Source: Ancylonema sp. (taxonomy: Eukaryota). Taken from it: a stretch of DNA of 57,094 bases. The notes under the pieces are model-generated. The model searched no databases, was not told the DNA's origin, and saw nothing but the letters and a program-made list of their open reading frames with translations. Within the stretch, counting starts at the first letter, position 1, and the number at the start of each line of letters is the position of its first letter. Of this stretch, positions 45,201 to 57,094 are shown piece after piece. The DNA lies in the NCBI GenBank assembly GCA_050230475.1, contig JBFLGF010000081.1, positions 1 to 57,094 of the forward strand, read 5' to 3'. The position numbers and the translations under genes are program-made.

Positions 45201-46696
45201 AACCGGAATTCCGAATCTGTGACATGAGACTTTTTGAACGAGTATTTAGTGATCGCACGTCACTAATCGGTCACTTATTTGGTCAGCTCGACTGAAACAT
45301 ACGGATGTATGTGCATCAGCGATCTGGTACAGCATCGTGCTTTCTCACTATGATCGACATATGTTCGACATATTCGTAACATGATCGACAATCAGATATC
45401 GCTACGTACGCTATATCGAGTACGGCAGTCCGTTCTCTAGATTCTTCATCGTTCATCTAGATTCCTCGATATTTTTGCAGCAATAAATGGAATGAAGTAA
45501 AAAAACACATTAATCATTGTGTGCTCACAGTAAGTTTGGTGAAATTTGAATCCTCATCCTCACTGTGCAAGGACCCACAGAAAGGTGATATTAGTAATTA
45601 GATAATAAGATAAGACTCTGCCCCATATTTGATACTCATATTCGATACGTACATATGTAGGAGATTTCTGTGAAATTTATTATGTCTGCTTTGAAGAAAC
45701 AATTATCGGAGGATAATCATGAAGTTCGAGAAAGTCTTCCTGACGTCTATGATCAGCACGTTGGAGCCAGCAGCGGAGGTGACGTTCTACAGACTCCTAG
45801 CAAGTGGAACTCCACACCGTCTGCAGGTCATTGGACTACCGACTCGTTATGCTTAAAATATTATTGCATTTTTTTAAGAATGCTCGATCCTATTGAAATT
45901 TGATAGCATTGGAAGAAACCTGATCCGATGTCGATTGATTGTGAAGTGTTCTTCGACGAAATTGAAAAATGATGGACTGATGATTGTTTTGTGGTTGTGT
46001 ACCACCTTCCACATCCGTCTGGATTACCAACACTCCAGAAGTGGACTGATTAAAATCCTGTGGTCATGTTTTGCTAGAATTTCGACGAGACGCCAGGAGA
46101 GACTCGGCATGCAGCAATGACCAGCTCTGGATGCAGACGAATCTGGGATCGGTGACAAAAGTTCCATTACTGACACCTATGACGTTGCACTTTACCAGGC
46201 CCACATATGAGTAAGTCTCGTCGTTCAAGGTTTTTCCTACCTGAGCAGGGATTATCGAAACGTTTTGTGAATGTCAGGAAGCACATTCATCACGTCGAAA
46301 GTCTTAAGTATACAATCGTCTTCCATTTGTCATATTTCGTAGGACAGATTCGGAAATCAAACTCAAACTACTAACGAGGAAGAAAGATCGAGGTGACTAA
46401 GCAATTTATTAACATTGACATTATGGTATGGCAGGAACACTCCTGGAGATGGTGCCGGTACACCTTTTATCAAAGGAGTCTCTGTAGAAGATGTGTACGG
46501 GACACCTCCCTGGAAATCGATAAATCGAGAGGTTTTGCATCCTTCCATACAAGGGTGGATCATTCTGCACTGATTTTCACAATCTTGTCACCGTTTTTCT
46601 TGTCAGAATGACGTTGACATTAATCTCAGAGCTAACTTCACATCTGTGATATCGAATGGCTAAAATATATAGTGTGCACTGTGTCACCTTCTGCAG

Positions 46697-48322
46697 AGAC
46701 CGGAATCATTGATTTCTCCTGTCGACATCACTCGACCTGAGCCAAGCGACACATTCGTAATGAAGTGCATGATGCATGCAATAGAAGACGACAGAGAAAA
46801 GACAAAAGAAGTGAAAAAGAGGGATGAAGAGCAGGAAGAGGACATAAACAAGACACCAATTGAAGCAGAGCATATTGATTGTGCCCTAGTCCCGTTTACA
46901 GAGGTGAAGAGAGAAGACAGTCCAGGTGAATCAGACCGTGAATATCATTCAGAAGAAAACTACGGCACCGACGAAGACGAGGTGTGGGGTGGGAGTGGCC
47001 AACCCAGCACTCAAGACTCCGATTTCTTTCCCGACGGACCAGCCCCTGGCATGAAGAAGCCTAGAAGTGCGAGAGTCTGCAAGGCTTCTTCAAGGGCTCT
47101 CGTCAAAGTAGATGAGACATCGGCAACTAGAACCAAGTTCAAGGGAGGAAAGAAGCAACTAGTACAAGATCAGAAAATTGAAATGAGGTACATATCGCTA
47201 AGCGATATATTCTTAGAAGAGCAAATATACATATCGATTATTCACGGTGTTTCTTCAACGTGGCGCAGGTTGGAGGCATTAGCAAAAATTAATTCTGGCC
47301 TATGGCGAAAGCAGTGCGACCAAAAGGCCCTTCAGGTGATTCAGATGTCTACTCCCGAATTTTAATATCGGATTGTAAATGGGACTTGCGTGGCTGACAA
47401 CCACTTCTTGAATGGGATCCTTCATCGTAATAGTGAAAGATGTAGTCTTCTACCATTGTGCACGAGTTGCTGATAAGTTTCCCAATATCCAGGTTTTGAA
47501 ATATGAGGATCCCAGGAAAGCAAAACGCATAATTGCCAACAGGCGATCTGCTGAGGCGAGTCGCCTAAGGAGACTCAACAAAATTGCAACTTTGTCTTCC
47601 GAGGTGACCAAAGATGATCAATAATAGAATTCATATAGGATGGGAGATGGATTCTGAAACAAGTAGCAATATCAGTGCACTGACAATATGGAAGTAAAAA
47701 TGGTTGAGCCCTGATACAAATTGTGGTGCAGATGATGAGCCTAAAAGAGAAGGTGCAGCGCATGGATACAGAAAATCGATTGGTGAAGGTCAGTTGGCCA
47801 GATTGTGCGTCTAATTTTGGATCTGATTGACTGCATTCATTGAGGTTTTTGATTGCCATAATTCGGTGACTTTACAGCAAGTTGGAATGCGATGCATCAC
47901 AAAATATGTTTTGAGTGCAGAAGGATCTGAATGAGACAATCCATGCATTGAGGTCTACCCAAGAAACCATGGAGCAGAAAGACCAGGTCATCTTGGTATA
48001 TTTACTCAACTCGAAACATTTCGATATTGATGAGTTTTATGCATCCTGAAGTATCAAAATATTGTCAGATGCGTCACAATTCTTTGGATACAACGCGTGA
48101 AGCATGCTGCACAACACTAACTTGCTGCATGGGCATTTTGTTGTGCCAATTCCATAACAGATGCTGCAAACATCCCTTGAGACCATGGGAAGAAAGGCCC
48201 GGAAAGGCAATGAAGGTCATGAGAATCTACCAGAAAGGATTCCTATGAGAGGTTCTAAAACTACTACGCAGGGTCAAAAATCAAAGATTCCTAGCCAGGT
48301 TGGTCCGAAAATATTCAGGTAG
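46697..48322 (+). CDS. bZIP-domain transcription factor, divergent; 5' exons (candidates ~45661-46532) unresolved
   Basis: Exons ~46697-47187, 47269-47335, 47493-47603, 47732-47788, 47921-47986 and 48161-48322 splice in frame to give DPRKAKRIIANRRSAEASRLRRLNKIATLSSE|MMSLKEKVQRMDTENRLVK|KDLNETIHAL, matching N-x7-R-x9-L-x6-L-x6-M. Confidence 0.75.
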
Positions 48323-49037
48323 CCATGTGAAGGCATTGTGCATCAAAGACCGGTGGTCTGAATGTGGCAGCGATTGAATATAAGGGACGGCCACTTCTCT
48401 ACGTGCATACTAAAAAATATAGGTTGCACTTGTCCTGAATCAGTGACATGCAAAGTGTTGCAGTTGGAAATGCACAGATTGTACAAAATCAGAATCATTT
48501 GAATTCGTGTCTACCAATATCTGTTCTGGAAATGCTCCGCCAAATACTCGTGTCTTGGAGAATGCGACTACTCCTGTACAAATTGTGTTCACATATCACT
48601 TCCACTCTATCCAGTGCTATACTAGCTAAAGACCTAAACCAGTCTTGCATTGCACATTGCCCATTGTCCAGTCTAGCATGCACATATCAGCCAGGGTGCA
48701 TTTTCACTTGTTAACCAACAAAGCATATATGAGACCATATTTAAAAAATCTACCATATTCAATCAGCCCAAATAGTGGGACATACTCATCCACATTTCAT
48801 TCTCATTTTTGCATTCCTTATCCGTCCTTCGTAAGCCGACAAGGAGACTTTCCTTTGTTTTTGTCTGGTGAGAAAGTATGATCAGTAATGAATTCTCCTT
48901 TGAGAGGACGGGTAATGCATGTCATAATCAAAAGCAATTATTTGTACAAAGGTAATTAACATTGCAGCCAAAACCGACCCAGTGCATAACCCCAGCCCTA
49001 ATATCTAAGGACAATACGTATGAGCATTGAAATGTTT

Positions 49038-52000
49038 CTATTGAGAGTTACTCAAGTATCCTACAGTACAACGAACACTTTGGAAAAGATCATCAAGTTT
49101 TTGCCAAGCTGCATGGTGCTCTTTCAAAAGTGCAGTCGCCTTCTCCTTCAGTCGTGGTTCTCGAGCTATCACCTCTCCATGAACCTGGGAGGATGTGCGG
49201 AGTTCTGTGGTGGTCAGTGTCATTTCTTCGATTTGTAGGCATATGCTTGGCAAAAAAAATTGTTCAGGGGTAAGCCAAAGATACATCTAGTTTAACAGTT
49301 CAACAAAAAACTACATGAATATATTTTGTTTGTGTCAGATTGTTTCGATCCCTTCCACCCAGGACAGCAGACAGCACATCAGCAAGAAACTGTGCAATGA
49401 GTGAAAAATCTGTGACGTTGTCGATTTCACTCACTGCCAATACTCGGTGTAGGATAGCTTGCAAAAACTCAAAGTCTCGCTTCGCAGCTGTCTCCACTGT
49501 CAAGAAGAGAAGCAGGAGCTCAAGCTCCACCAACTCCTCCTCTTGCACATCCCCCTCATCCTCCACAATTTCCATCATGCTCAATTCCAGGTCGATGGCT
49601 GACGGAGAAAGCCCTTTTAGATACTGGCGTACGGATGAAACTGGAAGACCAATGCAGTGGGCAGGATTGGAAATGAAGCCGAACCATTTCGAGGATGACA
49701 CTGACAAACCCATGATAAGCAGAAAATGGCTGCACTGCATAGTCCCACGGGAAATTCATGTGCGTGAAAAAGATACTAAATATTGCAACTCAGTGAGCAC
49801 TTCTGTGCAATTGGACACACAGGTGCGTAGCAAGGGCTGCCATTCATTTGCGCCTCAAGAACAAAGCTTATGCCACATTAAATAGGTGGCATATCTGAAG
49901 AGAGAGGCGGTCACATTCCTACAATACAACAGGGATAGAAGTCTGCCAGTTAGTCGAAGGTTAGGTTGTTAGTCATTGGTGTATGGAATGGTGTATGGTG
50001 TGGAAAAGCCAGAGCGGCAATATCCAGTCCCAGTTTCCGTTTTCGTTTTCAAAATCATCCATTCCGACATTTGTAACTCACAATCATTTTTTTTCGCCCC
50101 TTGGTGCATGAGACGAGACAGCTCTGATCTGCTCATTAAAATTCCGGTCTGTCTCTTCACTCTGCTCCCCACCATAACCTCCGCCGCCTCCTCCCCTGGC
50201 GCTGAGCGAGGTGCGAACACAGTCTCCCCAGAGAGGCTGGGGAGGGTTGGCAGGAAAAAAGGCGCTAGCTCTGGTTTCTTGGGAGGGGCGATCGGCTTGT
50301 TGCGAGCCTGGGCGGATCCAAAACAAAAAGAACGGGTGTCGCCTTCAATAAAAGTTAACATTTCTTTAAATTAATTCTAGAGAACATGCCCAGCCGATTC
50401 AGTGAGGTCGCTACCTACAGCCCTAACAAACTCACTATCGCAAAAATGCCTCCATCTCTTTAGGACAAGATACACCCACTTCTGACAACAATCAGTTTCC
50501 CCTGTTTGGTTTTTTCTTGACCGGAAGGATGGCAGCAAACTCATCTCCAACCCCACTCATTCTTATTTTTTCTCGCAATCTGGCGCAGGGACGTTCCTGG
50601 ACGTCGCTGCCCCACCTTGATGATGTCAAGGTTGATGAGATTCTGCCACTGCGAGCGGGGAAGCATGGCCAGAGTCACAAGATCCGGCAGTAATTGCCGG
50701 ACACCTTCCCCCACCACTTCTGCCACCCCTCCTCCCTCCTCCCTTCCATTGCTCGGCAAAACCGACACCGGATCGACTTCTGCCACCTCGACTTCTGCCA
50801 GCGTGGTCCCAGAGGACACAGTGGGCATGGCAACAGAGGTGGTGTGTGGGGTGCCCCGCGGCAAAATGTCGGAGTCCTCCAGCCCACTGTACATCACCTT
50901 GTTGGCCCTGCCACAAATGGGGAAAGAACAGTCACTCAGACGCGCGAGCATATCACAGCGTGTCCTACCTTCCGACATTGTAGGAAGGTGTTGTTTGTTG
51001 ATCGTTAGGTGTTATTTTCAAGTTGTTAGTTGTAAGTTGTTAGTTGTTCGTTGTTCATTGTTTTTTTCATGGGCAAAATGTTGTTCATAATCAGAAATCC
51101 TCGTTCAGACTTAGACTTAGGAGGCGTATCTTGAAGGAGGAGTTGATCCAAAAACAGTACCGAAACCGTGTACTTGTTCCCACCACATCCAGGGAACAGA
51201 AACCATCCCTTCATTCCTGCATTCCTTCGAATTCATTACTTCCTTCACTACATCCAGTCTGACGGGCGACAGATCACGACTGTCTGGGTGCGTACCAGAG
51301 GTAGATGCCGTTCCTGTTCACGTGTATGGTCGCCAGCATGTCCATCCCTGGAGCCAGCGAGAGACCTGTGACTGCCACCTCACACTCCATGCAATCCAGC
51401 AGACGGGACTGCACCAAATCCCAGGTGCGCACACTGCGGTCCATGGCGGACGTCAGCAGCCATCGGCCATCTGCGCTGATGTGCATGTCAGTGATTCGAT
51501 CTGTGTGGCCCTCGAATTTACGGACGAGTCGAGCGGCTATGACGTCGTACACGCGAATGACGAGGTCGTCTGACGCAACTACCAGCAAACCTGCGGACAC
51601 ACAGAATCCATCGTGAGGTTCGTTTCACTGGCAGGCGGGCCCTTGACAAGTTAGGGCCAGGGAGGCAAAAGTGAGAGTCATGGTCAAAGTCAAAGTCGGC
51701 CTTTGATTGGTTAGCAGTGCAGACTGGTATAATTATGGAGAGGTGATAAGAATGTGGGACCAAACAGTGAGAGACCATTCATTGTCAGAGGTGCAAAAGG
51801 TGACGTACCATTGACGCGGTGGTACGCCGTTTTCACCAACGCTGACCTGGCGTTGAGCGTGGATTTCAAACTCCCTTTCTTGAACTCCCACACCTGCCAC
51901 CCAACAGCACTCGACTCTCTTGTGTCAAATGCACCATCTCTCTTGTGCGAAGGCTAGGCGATGAAGGGAAGCAGATACACGAGAGTGATGGGAGCATCAG

Positions 52001-55000
52001 GCAATGGGTGGTGATATGTAGACTGGTCGTCAAGGCTTATTGGTATTCGCCATTCCGACGAACGAGACTCTACTTTGTTGCATCATTTGCTCCCCGCTCA
52101 TCAGATACAAAACAGAACAATCAAAAACCAAAATCCTCGTGACATAGAAACAGCAGGTTCATGGTTGGTCCATGTTTTCACAGACCGTAGATGGCAGGCA
52201 AGCAGCCCTACTCGCCTACCTGGCACCCTCTCACTCAGTAGATATCAACATAAGGCGATATCCACAATTCACTTACTTGCTTCAGACCTGGTCCATACCA
52301 ATTCGTAATGTTCAAGCTTTCAATCTAAAATTCTATCATTCTGCCATTCTGCCATCTGCCATTCTAACCTTGATGAAGCCATCGTAGCCTGCAGAGATGA
52401 CGGTCGTGTTCGTGGCGTCCGTGTGCAGTCCGATGACGGCTCCTTCGTGAGCAGAGGAGTACTGCTGGCGAATGGGAGAGTAGGAACGGCGGTGGATGCC
52501 GGACTGCAGATTGAAGCGGTCCACGCGCCCATTGGCTGAGCCAATGAGAGCAAAGTTCCCGCAAGCGCTGATCTCACAGGCCTGGAGCGGCAGCGGGCGA
52601 TAAGTTGAGAGGTTGAAAAGCTTGCATACTTTTGGAACTTTGCACAGACAAGGCTAAACAATTGGACTGCGTTCCTCCATTTCGAGACTTTTGCACAACC
52701 TCATCAGTAGTGTAGGAACGAAAATTAAGTCCTCGTTCAAAAGGGCAGGAGTTGCTGTTGAGGTTGCAGGTTTGCCACTATGTGCCTGTCGCAGACTTAA
52801 ACCAACAACACACATGATGCCATCAAAAGGCAGCAATGGGGCGATGTTACTGATGACCACCCCACGATTATGTCTCACCCGAACTGGCGCCAACTCGCCA
52901 CCTGGCGGTGTAAGCAAATGCTCGCCGATGACGAAATTGCTGAGTTGCCAGGTGTATGCTGCTGAGTCACCCTCGTGACATGTCACCACGTTGCACCAAT
53001 CACGTTCGCGGATTTCAGCTGCCAGGTGGCCATCAAGGAATGCACTTGAGTCAACAGGAAGCAGACAGGCTGTGGCCAGAGCTTGGCACACACTCTTCAT
53101 CTGATACACTAAAACAGAATAATAAATAGGACGAAAGAACTGAAGAAGGAAAGGTAGAACTGGTATCATGGTGAAGAAGACAGGCTGTGCTGTAACAGCG
53201 CCAGCTGGAAAGTGAGCCTACCTGCAGCAAAGGCCACTACTCGAGATAACTTCAATTCCTCCTCCTGCAGACCACATTCGAGCAATCATAAGACAGAGGA
53301 GCCGATGAAGCAGAAAAAATGACATAAAAGAATAACAGAATGTCGGAATGACGGATACAGAGGGGACTCCATATCTTACATTAGGCAAAAACAGAGGCAA
53401 AAAGAAGAAAATAAGAAACAAGGAACAAGGCTAAAGGAAGGCGAGATGGATCAAGATAGGTGGAAGATCACACACTCACCCTCAGGTTCAGCTTCTTAGC
53501 TCTTTTAGCCAAATGGCCCTGAGAGAGCTCTCGACTTTGCTGGTCCTGCAGATGAGGAATCAAAGCCAGGTCATGGAGTCAGATTCTGACGGTAGATGAA
53601 CACAAGCGACAGGAAGAAGAGAAAAATCAACCTGTCACACCTAACATCCGCAATTCGAGCTCGAAGCGCGTTAGCATTAGACATCACCATCCCTTGACTT
53701 TGACATGCCACTCCACCCGGACAGTACGTCTGTCTCCTAAATATCATGTGCACAACCACCATCTTCTTCTTCGAGTTCCAGAAAGTGCATCCCTCTCGCC
53801 GTGCTGACCTGGATGGTGGAAAACACGCGGAAGGATCGGTCCTGTCCGGCGCACAGAATGTGCCGCCCATTCCCGTAGTACCTGAAACGCAAAATATGTT
53901 TAACCCAGGATGCAGAGGCAAGTCCCAGTCCATTCTGTTCAGCTCCTGCACTACACCTCTCCACATGTTTCCAAGATAGACAGCAGAAACCAGTAAGAGA
54001 GTCGAGCAGGAGTCATTGTTGTGTCGATGGTTTTGATGATGATCATGCACTTGTTGTGGTAGGTGAGTAGAGGAGGTCGTTCTGACTTCACGCATGAAGG
54101 AGGGCTGCTGTGTCCGTTACGGAACCGCAATAGTCGTGCCTCGCCATCCTCCGTGTCAAAGATCCACATCTGCACCGCACAAACAGAATGATGGGACGTT
54201 AGATACACAAATGTGTGCTTTGACTCCTTCAGGCTACTCAACCCAAAGTGTCTGTTTCAACAAGCGAGCACACTGACACCTTCCAGCATGCATCCTACCT
54301 CAACCAATTTCAAGATCGTCTCCAATTCGAACTTCTATCTTTGGTAAACATTGTGGCCTCAGAAGGGGGCCTAGCTGCTTCGAGGTGGTAGGCAAGGGGA
54401 TCCTCTCTGCGATCCCATCCACCAGCGAAGCTGACCTTAAGCGAGTTGTCAGCTCCTGATGACAGCAGCACAGGCTCCCTGGCAAGGAAGTGCAGTGCCA
54501 CCACCGGACCATCGTGGGCATCTTTCACTACAGTCTGCAACTTGCGCTTCTCCAAGTTCCAGATGCTGATCATGCCCGTCGTGCCTCCGGCTGCTAGGAG
54601 GGGCTGACCATCTGCCAATGCCACATAAGAACATGGAAAGAAGACTACGTTGCTCCTCGATCTTGATATTCGCATTGCTGTATTTGTGTCAGACAAGATC
54701 GATTTTTGATCGGTGTGGAAAGTGTGAGCATCAGGCAATGGGTGGTGATATGTAGACTGGTCGTCAAGGCTTATTGGTATTCGCCATTCCGACGAACGAG
54801 ACTCTACTTTGTTGCATCATTTGCTCGACACAGAATTGCAGAGAGGCAACGCAACTGGCATGTTAGGACTTCACAAGACATCAAGGAGTGCGTACTTGCA
54901 TTTATTTCTGTCCCAGATTCACTCATAGTACAACCAACAACCCTATCCAAAGGACTGTTTGGAAACATACTTTACCCCTGCACAACCCTGCCCTGCCTTC

Positions 55001-56866
55001 TCCCAGGAGGACTAGATGGCCCTGACATAAGAAGATAATCTTCCCAGCTCTCCTTTCAAACCACATGAGCCACCAAAAAGCATCCACACATCCACACCCT
55101 GGCATCGCCATGCGTTGCAAACAATCAGACACTCAAAGACTATCCAGGTTCCTGAGTTCTGCTCTCACCTGTCCTAAAACTCAAGGTCGTGACTGGCCCC
55201 TTGGAAGAATGGAGCACTGTCATGACAGTTTCGTCAAACTTTAGGTTGTGCAGGTGCACCCGCCCGTCTGCCGTACCCACAGCCACAGTATCCAATGCAG
55301 GAGAGGGGGCACAGCACATGACTGCGGAGCCCCATCCCTTAAACTCGTAGATCAACTGCTTGCTGCTGACGTTCCATAGCTGAAGCTGGCCCTCTTGGCT
55401 TCCTAGCAAAACCTGCAACCAATCAGGTATAATTAGACGGCTGTTACCTATCCAGGGTGTCTCTTTGCCTGGAAATAACCTCGCTGGTTAAAGAAGGAGA
55501 ATGGCTGTAGATCAAGGGATTGACTGCGGAATTCACTCTTCAAATCTACTGGTTTGGTAGTATGGACTACGGATCAAATGACCATAAGGGAATGTACCTT
55601 GTTCAGGTATGTGTCTGGATGAACGATGCAGGTAGGTGTGAATGCAGAGGAGAGAAGGATCTCTCCCTCAGCTTGCACATCATCCCCCAAACTCGTGGCA
55701 TTCCAAATGAGCATTCTGTGATCCGCCCCCACTGAGATTATGTGCTCCCCGAATTGGAGCAGGAGAAGCACTTTGTCCGTGTGCCCGCACCATGTCGCTA
55801 CCTGAAGATACCATAAGAGAAGAAAATGGTCACAAGACCGCACAAGGTTGCAAGATTGATTACAGATGATAATAAAAATCCAGCCATGGCTCTGGGTAGT
55901 ACAGCTTCATGATCCGAAATGAGCGGATGAGTGTGGAATTCCAATACGCTGTCAGGTAACAAGGATGCTTTCAACATTCGACCAAGCTCTCGGGTATCAG
56001 AAGAGAGGTGAGTCACATTGGAGAGGTGAGGCACAATATTTACTGGACAAAAAGTCACAGATCAAGCAGCACGTGCAGAGTAGAAGTTCACACCTGAGAG
56101 AGCCGATTGAACACTGCGATCTCCTGTCCGTTTGCCGCGTAAGTGTAGTCCCGCCATGACACCAACACGCGGATTGTTTTTTTCAGCTGGGGACCTACGC
56201 GAGACAAGAAATTGCACACTGAGAGTTTGTTGTGGTATTTGTGTCGTAGCTCAGGCATGAATGTAGCCATATGTGTGTAAAGCTATGCATAGAAAGATGA
56301 CGGATTTGCCACGCACTACAAGCATCCTCCAGGTTACCAACATGCTCCATGTTGCCTGCTGCATTAAGCACCATGTGGGAACATCTGCATATTCGCAACT
56401 GGGTAAAAGGAACCTTACCAACAAACACCAGCGTAAGCTTTGCACACTGCCATCACCCCACAACCAGACTGCGTAAGCTGCGGCACAATGCCAGCACGAA
56501 ATGAGGAATTTACCTGGACCCACAGAAAAAATGAATTCACCAAGCAGTCTAAATGAGCGAAGCCGAAGGTTAAAAGGGCAATACGCAATGAAGCAACATG
56601 AAGTGAAATTCAATGGTCCAACGGTATCACGAGCAATACCAGCATCCACGTGTACCGTGGCAGCCAATATCGCCACCATCACCAAGTGCCTATTATCAAT
56701 ATCATCAGCTGCAGGGTTCACGGAATACATGGTTCCGTACATTGTAAAGCTGCCAGGCCTTGCCAACGCTGACGGTGACGAACGTTTCTCGGCCACGGCG
56801 TTGAATAGTAAAAGGGGTAGTATCTGTGATATAACCGAGTGCCCTGTACGGCTGGAAAATTGGCAT
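49038..56866 (-). CDS. UTP21: WD40-repeat U3 snoRNP / SSU processome protein WDR36/UTP21
   Basis: Starts MPIFQPYRALGYIT...QRRGRETFVTVSVGKAWQLYN|CAKLTLVFVG; FTPTCIVHPDTYLNK|VLLGSQEGQLQLWN; SPALDTVAVGTADGRV; LLSSGADNSLK|MWIFD..GEARLLRFRNGHS; DQQSRELSQGHL; IRERDWCNVVTCH; RKFEGHTDRITD; LPRSQWQNLINLDIIK|ARNKPIAPPKKPELAPFFLP; LSPSAIDLEL; DFEFLQA. Confidence 0.96.
51992..52092 (-). ncRNA. Intronic C/D box snoRNA, copy A (predicted dual 18S rRNA guide)
   Basis: Sense reads GAGCA-A-ATGATGC (box C)...GTCTCGTTCGT-CGGA (guide, D')...TTGACGA (C')...TATCACCACCCAT-TGC-CTGA (guide, D)-TGCTC. It has a terminal stem and is identical to 54726-54826. Confidence 0.82.
54726..54826 (-). ncRNA. Intronic C/D box snoRNA, copy B
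   Basis: 101/101 identical to 51992-52092 by eye; lies in a different UTP21 intron with unrelated flanks. Confidence 0.82.
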
Positions 56867-57094
56867 GTCTTACATTTAGACGGGGCAATGTCTCTGGCAA
56901 GATGCATGGACTGGTGTGTTCTGTCTCGCCGATCGTGCTGTCGATATCGGCTGCTCGAATGCTAATATGTCCGGAGTGAGGGATGAAAGCTGCTCCTTGA
57001 GCCCTCAGGTTGAAGGCTCAGGTTCAGAGTCTACATGAACCCCAGCAACTACTGTGCGCAACTCCAGCAATTGCTGGAATTGCGCACAGAAAAT

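Noticed and set aside
56251..56965. 218-aa (-) and 154-aa (+) ORFs at the window end
   Set aside because: Off-frame or antisense to UTP21 exons 1-2; the true frame starts at ATG 56866.

Overview
Intron-rich eukaryotic nuclear DNA, most likely from a streptophyte green alga or early-diverging plant (inferred from XTH, PRMT10, RFI2/IPI1-type RING and plant-type DHFR-TS genes); no prokaryotic features or CRISPR arrays. Ten spliced genes were reconstructed by hand: a partial CRAL-TRIO/Sec14 protein (+), DHFR-TS (-), XTH (-), KTI12 (+), an RFI2/IPI1-like RING E3 ligase (-), a secreted amidase-signature protein (+), COG6 (-), PRMT10 (+), a divergent bZIP (+) and WDR36/UTP21 (-). Intergenic DNA holds two decayed Ty1/copia elements, probable Helitron and MITE relics, and many simple repeats. 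The best second-look items are (1) two identical 101-nt copies of an apparent dual-guide C/D box snoRNA in different introns of UTP21, (2) an AT-AC minor-spliceosome (U12) intron in KTI12, and (3) a ~45-bp motif shared by the two divergent promoter regions, in one case flanked by 39-bp inverted repeats. All calls come from reading the sequence; no database searches were run.
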